Source of the DNA: an uncultured bacterium
Lineage (GTDB): Bacteria > Fidelibacterota > Marinisomatia > Marinisomatales > TCS55
Reading direction: 5' to 3'
Length of the DNA: 64,000 bases
NCBI GenBank assembly: GCA_964510385.1
Contig: CAZECA010000001.1
Span: forward strand, 17,340-81,339
Notes under the pieces: generated by a model
Database searches by the model: none
Told to the model about the DNA's origin: nothing
The model's input: the letters and a program-made list of their open reading frames with translations, nothing else
Shown: positions 57,716 to 64,000 of the stretch, piece after piece
How the letters are laid out: the number at the start of each line of letters is the position of its first letter
How positions within the stretch are numbered: the stretch's first letter is position 1
Translations under genes and position numbers: made by a program

Positions 57716-60106
57716 ATGTATAAACAATTCATAGCTATTCTATTCTTTACAGTTGCTCTAGCACAACAGGATGAACTTAGGATCAATACTCTCTCTGTCT
57801 CTGGCAATGACCTCACATCGGAATCCATGATTAGATACACTTCTGGTCTCAATGAAGGGAGCACTATAAATCCTGGTGATTTTTCACGGGCGGTTAAACG
57901 ATTATGGCAGCTGGGCCTATTCAGCGACATTCAGATCAAAATGGAAAATGAATCGACTGAAGGATTGGATCTGATAATCGTTGTTGTAGAGAATTATATA
58001 CTGGGAAATGTTTTGTACGAGGGTAATAAGAAAATTAAGGATAAGAAATTTGATGAAGAATTAGGTTTAAGAAAGGGCATGAGAATACAGCCAAACCTGC
58101 CAAATAAAACCATAACAAAAATGAAAGATCTCTATGCCGAGGATGGTTACCTGCTTGCAGATATTGAATACAGGCTGGGGGTTCCCAAGGAAAATGTTGA
58201 TTCTGGAGATTTAAAAAATCAAAAAACCAGAAACCTTATTTTTGAAATACAAGAGAATAAAAAGGTCAAGCTCCGCAAAATTATATTTGATGGAAATGAG
58301 CAATTTTCATCATATCGTTTGAGAAGGCAATTGGAAAACACTAAAATGCAAAGATGGTATCTTTTCTGGCGCTCAAATTTTGATGAAAAGAAATATGAAG
58401 AAGATAAGCTTAACTTGGTCAATTTTTATCATAATGAAGGATATAGAGACGCATCCATCCTCTCAGATTCTGTGTATTATGATGAAAATAAAAAATCTAT
58501 GAATGTACTCATTCGTATTAATGAAGGCCCTCAATACCATTACAGAACTTTTTCTTGGGAAGGAAATTCGCTCTATACTGAAGAAGAACTGGACCGTTCA
58601 TTAGATTTGAAAACAGGCGAAAAATATAATAAAGAAGAATTCAATATTGCGGTATTCGAAAGGATGCATGGTCTGTATATGGACAAAGGGTATATATACA
58701 GCAATATTGTACCAAAATTTACTCCGGTTAGTCAAGACTCTCTGGATATTCATTTTGAGATAACAGAAAATCATAAAGTATATGTTCGGAATATCTATGT
58801 GTATGGAAATGAAAAAACCAGAGAGAATGTAATTCGCCGTGAACTTCATGTGTTCCCAGGGGATGTTTTTAACAGACAGCTCTTGCAGCGGAGTGCCCGA
58901 GAATTATTCATCTTGAATTATTTTGGAAATGTTATTCCTGACGTTGTCCCTGTAGATGAGGATGAAATCGATTTGGAGATTACAGTAGAAGAAAAATCAT
59001 CTGATCGAGCTAATGCCAATGTAGGTTATAGCGGTGTATATGGACTCATGGGAGGAGGAGGCGTTGAGTTCAATAATTTTCGAGGTATGGGACAGCAACT
59101 GGTCATGAGCTATCAGGTGGGTTCCCAGCGATCAATGAATTATTATAGCGCTAACCAAGGATCAAAATATGAATCATTCAGTATTCGGTTTATGGATCCG
59201 ATGATCTTTGATACTCCAAACCGTGTCGGATTCTCCTTTTATAATTCTTTCAGAGGTAGTTCCACCGGCTATGGAATCCCAGTAGATATTCAGGTTATTG
59301 GAGGATCTGTTCAATGGGGGAGAAGGTTTAAATGGCCTGATGACTATTTTAGAGGATATTGGGTATTAAATTCATCCGTTAAGAATTATACCGGTTCTCA
59401 AAGCGATATTGATACTTATGCGGCCGGATTAGATCAAACCAGAGGATTAAGTATCTCACAAGTGATAGCCCGAGACAGCAGGGATAGACCAGAATTTACA
59501 ACTAGAGGATCCCGATTTACTTGGGAAGCAACCATGTCCGGGGGACCGTTCGGCGGGAATGAGGACTTTTTGAAACACGTATTGAATTTGGAATGGTATA
59601 CTCCTACATTCTGGAAATTAGTACTGATGAGTTCATTGAAAATGGGTGTAGTTGATGATATTCCATCAAAAGAAGAACGTTCTGTAATCCCCTATGATGA
59701 AAAATTTATTATGGGTGGGAATGGGATTCCTTTTGGGAATATGCTCCGTGGCTACAGTGAGAATTCGATCGGGCCGAGATCTTCGAATGGTAATACCATA
59801 TATGGGACCAATATGATTAGGTTTGTAACAGAATTGCGAGTTCCTTTTTCAGAACAGCCTGTCATTTATGGCCTTGCTTTTGCTGAAGCTGGAAATGTTT
59901 GGGATTCAAGTACGATGACGGAACCATTCAGCATTCCACGTACCGGGCCATTAAGCCTAAAAAGATCTGCTGGCGTTGGAATTCGATTTTTCATGCCTAT
60001 GATAGGAATGCTAGGATTTGATATGGGCTATGGGTTTGATGATAATGATGGAGACGGAGAAGCAGAAGGCTGGAACTACACCATTATTTTTGGTCAACAA
60101 TTTTAA
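57716..60106 (+). CDS. bamA: Outer membrane protein assembly factor BamA
   Basis: 796 aa; POTRA repeats (GNEKTRENVIRREL), C-terminal barrel with LRGY and FMPMIGMLGFDMGYGFD...IFGQQF. Confidence 0.96.
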   Translation: MYKQFIAILFFTVALAQQDELRINTLSVSGNDLTSESMIRYTSGLNEGSTINPGDFSRAVKRLWQLGLFSDIQIKMENESTEGLDLIIVVVENYILGNVLYEGNKKIKDKKFDEELGLRKGMRIQPNLPNKTITKMKDLYAEDGYLLADIEYRLGVPKENVDSGDLKNQKTRNLIFEIQENKKVKLRKIIFDGNEQFSSYRLRRQLENTKMQRWYLFWRSNFDEKKYEEDKLNLVNFYHNEGYRDASILSDSVYYDENKKSMNVLIRINEGPQYHYRTFSWEGNSLYTEEELDRSLDLKTGEKYNKEEFNIAVFERMHGLYMDKGYIYSNIVPKFTPVSQDSLDIHFEITENHKVYVRNIYVYGNEKTRENVIRRELHVFPGDVFNRQLLQRSARELFILNYFGNVIPDVVPVDEDEIDLEITVEEKSSDRANANVGYSGVYGLMGGGGVEFNNFRGMGQQLVMSYQVGSQRSMNYYSANQGSKYESFSIRFMDPMIFDTPNRVGFSFYNSFRGSSTGYGIPVDIQVIGGSVQWGRRFKWPDDYFRGYWVLNSSVKNYTGSQSDIDTYAAGLDQTRGLSISQVIARDSRDRPEFTTRGSRFTWEATMSGGPFGGNEDFLKHVLNLEWYTPTFWKLVLMSSLKMGVVDDIPSKEERSVIPYDEKFIMGGNGIPFGNMLRGYSENSIGPRSSNGNTIYGTNMIRFVTELRVPFSEQPVIYGLAFAEAGNVWDSSTMTEPFSIPRTGPLSLKRSAGVGIRFFMPMIGMLGFDMGYGFDDNDGDGEAEGWNYTIIFGQQF

Positions 60107-60127
60107 TCATAATAACAAGGAGGACTT

Positions 60128-60661
60128 GTGCGTAAACACATAGTTCAAATAATGACCTCTATGATAGTGCTGTCAACAGCATTATGTGCTGAGATCAAGA
60201 TCGGATATGTCCAATCAGACAGAATTCGAGCTGAATATGAAGAATTCCGCGATGCAGAATCGCAGTTACAAATGGAATTTGGTAAAGTTCAATTGGAATA
60301 TCAAAGACAGCTTATGGCTCTTGACAGTCTCAAGAATGCCTATGAAACACAACGTTTGATGAGTTCCCCAGAGTGGCGTCGTGAAAAAGAGCAGGAAATT
60401 ACTACAATGGAACGGAATATTCAGGTATTCCAGGCAGAACAAGTTGGCCCTCAAGGCGTTATTTATCAAAAGCAGGCTCAAATGGAATATGAAATTTTAG
60501 CCAAAGTCAAACGAGCTGTCGATAAAGTCGCTGCAGAAAAAGAATACGATTATATCATGGATGGATCCGTTTCATTACTTTTTGGTAATCCAGCCTATGA
60601 TGTGACGGATGATATCTTGTTCGAACTTCGGAAATACAACCTCTCCGAAAGCGATAAGTAA
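60128..60661 (+). CDS. skp: OmpH/Skp periplasmic chaperone
   Basis: Signal peptide, KIGYV, AVDKVAAEKEYDYIMD, YDVTDDIL; position after bamA. Confidence 0.92.
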   Translation: MRKHIVQIMTSMIVLSTALCAEIKIGYVQSDRIRAEYEEFRDAESQLQMEFGKVQLEYQRQLMALDSLKNAYETQRLMSSPEWRREKEQEITTMERNIQVFQAEQVGPQGVIYQKQAQMEYEILAKVKRAVDKVAAEKEYDYIMDGSVSLLFGNPAYDVTDDILFELRKYNLSESDK

Positions 60662-60668
60662 TTACCTC

Positions 60669-61664
60669 TTGGTAACCTTAAAAGATCTTGCCGCTCTCAC
60701 GGGCGGACAAGCTATTGGCAACCCAGAACTTGAAATTACAGGTGTTTCAGAAATTCAAAATGGATCTCCTACCACCATTACTTTCTTGAGTAATTCAAAA
60801 TATATAAAGTATGTTACTGAAACAGATGCGAGTGCTATTATTGTAGCGGATGAAAGCCAATTATCAGGAAAAGACGGGATAGTAGTTTTAAATCCACAAT
60901 TGGCATTTTCAAAGATATTATCTCATTTTTATTCCCCCCCCGAAAAAGAAAAAGGTATACACCCAACAAGCATGATTTCTGACAAGGCTTCCCTTGGAAA
61001 AAATATTAATATTGGCCCCTATTCGGTTATTGAGGGAAATGTAACAATCGGCGACAATACAACTATTGGTTCCCATGTGATCATCGGTTCTGGATCAACG
61101 GTCGGCTCATTCTGTGAGCTTCATAACAATATCCATATTTATCATGAATGTTCTGTAGGTAATGATTGCGTTGTCTTCAGCGGGACAGTCATTGGATCTG
61201 ATGGCTATGGGTACGTTGAAAGTGAAGGAATCCACCATAAGATTCCCCAAACTGCGGGCGTGAAAATCGGTAATGGAGTTGATCTTGGAGCATGCTGTAC
61301 CATTGATCGCGGAACCATAAGTGATACAGTCATCGGTGACGGAACAAAACTGGATAATCAAGTTCATATTGCTCACAATGTTAAGATTGGGAAAGGATGC
61401 TTGCTTGCTGCTCAGGTTGGGATTGCAGGAAGCGTTGAAATAAAAGATTTTTGTATATTGGCAGGTCACACTGGAGTTGTTCCGCACGTAAAGATAGGCA
61501 GTAAAGCCATATTTGCAGTCAAAAGTGGTGTCACCAAATCGCTTCCAGGTGGAACAGTTTATGCAGGAATGCCAGCCAGAGAGATTAGGGAACAGAATAA
61601 AAAAGATGCCATTCTCGTAGAGATTGAATCTATAAAAAACAAATTGAAAAAATTAGAATTATGA
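60669..61664 (+). CDS. lpxD: UDP-3-O-(3-hydroxyacyl)glucosamine N-acyltransferase
   Basis: ITFLSNSKY, NPQLAF, hexapeptide repeats, IGSDGYGY, TIDRGT, LDNQVHIAHNV. TTG 60669 chosen as start; the ORF-track start 60609 overlaps skp. Confidence 0.93.
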   Translation: MVTLKDLAALTGGQAIGNPELEITGVSEIQNGSPTTITFLSNSKYIKYVTETDASAIIVADESQLSGKDGIVVLNPQLAFSKILSHFYSPPEKEKGIHPTSMISDKASLGKNINIGPYSVIEGNVTIGDNTTIGSHVIIGSGSTVGSFCELHNNIHIYHECSVGNDCVVFSGTVIGSDGYGYVESEGIHHKIPQTAGVKIGNGVDLGACCTIDRGTISDTVIGDGTKLDNQVHIAHNVKIGKGCLLAAQVGIAGSVEIKDFCILAGHTGVVPHVKIGSKAIFAVKSGVTKSLPGGTVYAGMPAREIREQNKKDAILVEIESIKNKLKKLEL

Positions 61665-62614
61665 CCGCAGCCCATCACAGAAGACAACGAACCATCAAAG
61701 AAGAATCTTCTTGTACAGGAGTGGGCTTACATACTGGCGTGGAAAGCACTATCACGTTTAAACCGGCCCCGGAAAATTATGGTATTAGATTCAAACGTAC
61801 AGATATTGAAGGGAGTCCTTCAATTCGTGCAGATATCGATCATGTTGTTGACATATCACGGGGTACAACTATAGAACAGAATGGTGTTCGTATCCATACA
61901 GTAGAACATGCATTAGCAGCTGTTTCAGGATTGAGAATTGACAATGTTCTCATTGAATTGACTAGTAAAGAAACGCCCGTGATGGATGGTAGTGCAAAAG
62001 ATTTTGTGGAAGCACTGAAATTATCAGGTTTAGTGATTCAGGAGGCAAACCGCAAAGTCCTGGCTATTGGAAATGCAGTGACCTATTCAGATACAGTTAA
62101 AGAGATCGATATTCATGTGATCCCCTCAGATAGGTTTCGTGTCACATTTATGGTTGAATACCCCCTTCCACAGCTTGGAACACAGTATGAAGCAATTTAT
62201 AATATGGAAGAAGATTTTGCAAAAGAGGTTGCCCCTGCAAGAACATTTTGTTTTTTAAGTGAAGTAGAAATGCTAAAGCAACAGGGATTAATTAAAGGTG
62301 GCAGCTTGGACAATGCGGTGGTGATTATCGATAAAGAGATCGAAGAAAATGAAATTAATCATTTACGAAATCTCTTTGGGATTGAAGAAACCATCATTAC
62401 AGGTGCAAATGGTATTTTGAATGGTAAGGCTTTACGATATAAAAATGAACCTGTTCGCCATAAGACCCTTGACCTCATTGGCGACCTTGCACTGTTAGGA
62501 GTGCCTATCAAGGGGCATGTAACAGCTGCTCGTAGTGGTCATGCAAGTAATGTAGAGTTTGTTAAAATGATCAGAAAAGAATATTCAGATTACTTTAGCA
62601 AAAATAGTAAATAA
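61661..62614 (+). CDS. lpxC: UDP-3-O-acyl-N-acetylglucosamine deacetylase
   Basis: QRTI, GVGLHTG, HTVEHALAA, PVMDGSA, APARTF, GGSLDNAVVI, EPVRHKTLDLIGDL, GHASN. Confidence 0.96.
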   Translation: MTAAHHRRQRTIKEESSCTGVGLHTGVESTITFKPAPENYGIRFKRTDIEGSPSIRADIDHVVDISRGTTIEQNGVRIHTVEHALAAVSGLRIDNVLIELTSKETPVMDGSAKDFVEALKLSGLVIQEANRKVLAIGNAVTYSDTVKEIDIHVIPSDRFRVTFMVEYPLPQLGTQYEAIYNMEEDFAKEVAPARTFCFLSEVEMLKQQGLIKGGSLDNAVVIIDKEIEENEINHLRNLFGIEETIITGANGILNGKALRYKNEPVRHKTLDLIGDLALLGVPIKGHVTAARSGHASNVEFVKMIRKEYSDYFSKNSK

Positions 62615-62635
62615 TCGATTTATACGGAGAGTAGA

Positions 62636-63076
62636 ATGTTGAATATAGATGAGATCATGAAACTCATTCCGCACAGATATCCTTTTATCCTCATAGACAG
62701 AATAATAGAGATTGAGCAAGAAAAGAGATGTGTTGCCATCAAGAATGTCACCATTAATGAACCCTTTTTTCAAGGACACTTCCCGGGGCAGCCTGTTATG
62801 CCGGGCGTCTTGATCTTAGAGTCCATGGCCCAAGCAGGATCTTTTTTGGTATTGAATTCTATAGAAAATCCTATGTCTAAAAACATGTTCTTTTCAGCGG
62901 TGGAAAAATCAAAATTTCGCAAACCAATAGTCCCGGGTGATCAGATCCGTATTGAAATGGATTTATTAAAACTTCGAATGAATGCGGTCAGACTGGCTGG
63001 TGTAGCAATTATAGATGATAAGGTGGTTGCAGAAGCGATTATAATGGCCAATATTGTCGATCGCGCCGGAGTCTGA
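62636..63076 (+). CDS. fabZ: 3-hydroxyacyl-ACP dehydratase FabZ
   Basis: IPHRYPFILIDRI, KNVTINEPFFQGHFPGQPVMPGVLILESMAQ, FRKPIVPGD. Confidence 0.97.
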   Translation: MLNIDEIMKLIPHRYPFILIDRIIEIEQEKRCVAIKNVTINEPFFQGHFPGQPVMPGVLILESMAQAGSFLVLNSIENPMSKNMFFSAVEKSKFRKPIVPGDQIRIEMDLLKLRMNAVRLAGVAIIDDKVVAEAIIMANIVDRAGV

Positions 63077-63852
63077 TTATTATAGGTAATATTCATTCTA
63101 CAGCTCTAATTAATAAAGGGGCACATCTTGGAGAAGATGTTACTATAGGACCATACAGTGTTATTGAAGATAATGTTGTTATTGGGGATGGAACCAGTAT
63201 TGGCAATTATACTACTATTAAATCCGGAACTACGCTTGGTTCCAATACGCGTATTTTTCACAACTGCTCTATAGGTGAGATCCCTCAGGATATGAAATTT
63301 GGAGGAGAAGAAACCCAAACATTTATAGGTGATAACGTTACAATCCGTGAATGTGTGACGGTTAATCGCGGAACCTCTGCGCGCGGCTCTACAGATATTG
63401 GGAATAATGTTTTACTAATGGCATATACTCATATTGCACATGATTGCGCAGTCGGCAACAATGTGATTATGGCAAACCTGGCTACTTTAGGTGGCCACGT
63501 TGAATTAGGAGATTGGGTCTCCTTAGGAGGAGGCGTTCTTGTTCACCAGTTTTCCAAGGTTGGAACCCATGTGTTCGTTGGCGGAGGGTTTCGAATTGTA
63601 CAGGACGTACCCCCATTTGTTCTTGGAACCGGAGAACCTCTTCAGTATTCAGGGATTAATCAGATTGGAATGCGTCGAAGAGGTTTTGATGCTGAATCAC
63701 GAAAGTTAGTGAAAGAGGCCTATCGACTTTATTTTAGGTCAGAATTAAATCGTAAAGAAGCTTTGGAAAAAATCAGTACTGAATTAAATCAAACAGATGA
63801 AATTAAAATGATTATCGAATTCATTGAATCAAGTGAACGCGGTATCATTTAG
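63073..63852 (+). CDS. lpxA: Acyl-ACP--UDP-N-acetylglucosamine O-acyltransferase (non-canonical start)
   Basis: The frame upstream of ATG 63292 encodes IHSTALINKGAHLGEDVTIGPYSVIE and IGEIPQDMKF; downstream IRECVTVNRGT, HIAHDC, QDVPPF. Only CTG 63073, ATT 63076/63079 or ATA 63082 can supply the start. Confidence 0.92.
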   Translation: MIIIGNIHSTALINKGAHLGEDVTIGPYSVIEDNVVIGDGTSIGNYTTIKSGTTLGSNTRIFHNCSIGEIPQDMKFGGEETQTFIGDNVTIRECVTVNRGTSARGSTDIGNNVLLMAYTHIAHDCAVGNNVIMANLATLGGHVELGDWVSLGGGVLVHQFSKVGTHVFVGGGFRIVQDVPPFVLGTGEPLQYSGINQIGMRRRGFDAESRKLVKEAYRLYFRSELNRKEALEKISTELNQTDEIKMIIEFIESSERGII

Positions 63853-63867
63853 AAATGAATCATTATT

Positions 63868-64000
63868 ATGAAAAAATTAAATCATATTTTCATTATTCTA
63901 CCATCACTCATCTTTTCTCAATGGCTGACGTTTGACCTTTCTAAAGCTGATCCACAAAATTTTAAAAGTCAAGTAACCCCAACAATCATAGCATCTACAT
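63868..64000 (+). CDS. Start of a probable secreted protein, truncated by the window edge
   Basis: MKKLNHIFIILPSLIFSQWLTFDLSKADPQNFKSQVTPTIIAST is open to the end and begins like a signal peptide. Confidence 0.55.
   Translation, partial: MKKLNHIFIILPSLIFSQWLTFDLSKADPQNFKSQVTPTIIAST

Noticed and set aside
60609-60668. N-terminal extension of lpxD in the ORF track
   Set aside because: It overlaps skp by 53 nt and does not resemble LpxD; TTG 60669 fits better
1-64000. CRISPR array, IS element, integrase, prophage or rRNA
   Set aside because: No regularly spaced repeats, mobility or phage proteins, or rRNA-like sequence were seen; the tRNA has no adjacent integrase or duplicated 3' end

Overview
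A 64-kb, densely coded, moderately AT-rich bacterial chromosomal segment made up mostly of housekeeping genes. It holds two lipid A/outer-membrane clusters (gnnA-like, ICMT-like methyltransferase, lpxB, DUF374, lpxK on the minus strand; uppS, bamA, skp, lpxD, lpxC, fabZ, lpxA on the plus strand). It also holds a long plus-strand run ruvB, queA, ispD, ispF, ispE, tRNA-Gln(UUG), prs, rplY, pth, hppA, rpsF, rpsR, rplI, then priA. Other genes include uvrA, transketolase, ychF, fabA, a FabL-like reductase, type II glutamine synthetase, mutY, pepC, two ferredoxins, an Mrp/ApbC ATPase and two large secreted FG-GAP/Ig-repeat proteins. Gene order (uppS-bamA-skp, rpsF-rpsR-rplI without ssb, LpxC with a long insert, a PorV-like barrel) points to the FCB superphylum, possibly Marinimicrobia; this is inference, not a database result. 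I saw no transposase, integrase, prophage, rRNA or CRISPR array. Best leads: (1) a lipoprotein fusing a c-type cytochrome to a copper type II (PHM/DBH-like) monooxygenase, abutting a secreted lipase gene; (2) a lipid A operon suggesting Leptospira-like chemistry (diamino backbone, phosphate methylation); (3) a cysteine-free Mrp/ApbC beside ferredoxins and two unknown membrane proteins; (4) MutY with an intact Nudix box, downstream of a leaderless MarR gene with a clear operator; (5) lpxA lacking any ATG/GTG/TTG start, and lpxC/fabZ separated by one in-frame stop.
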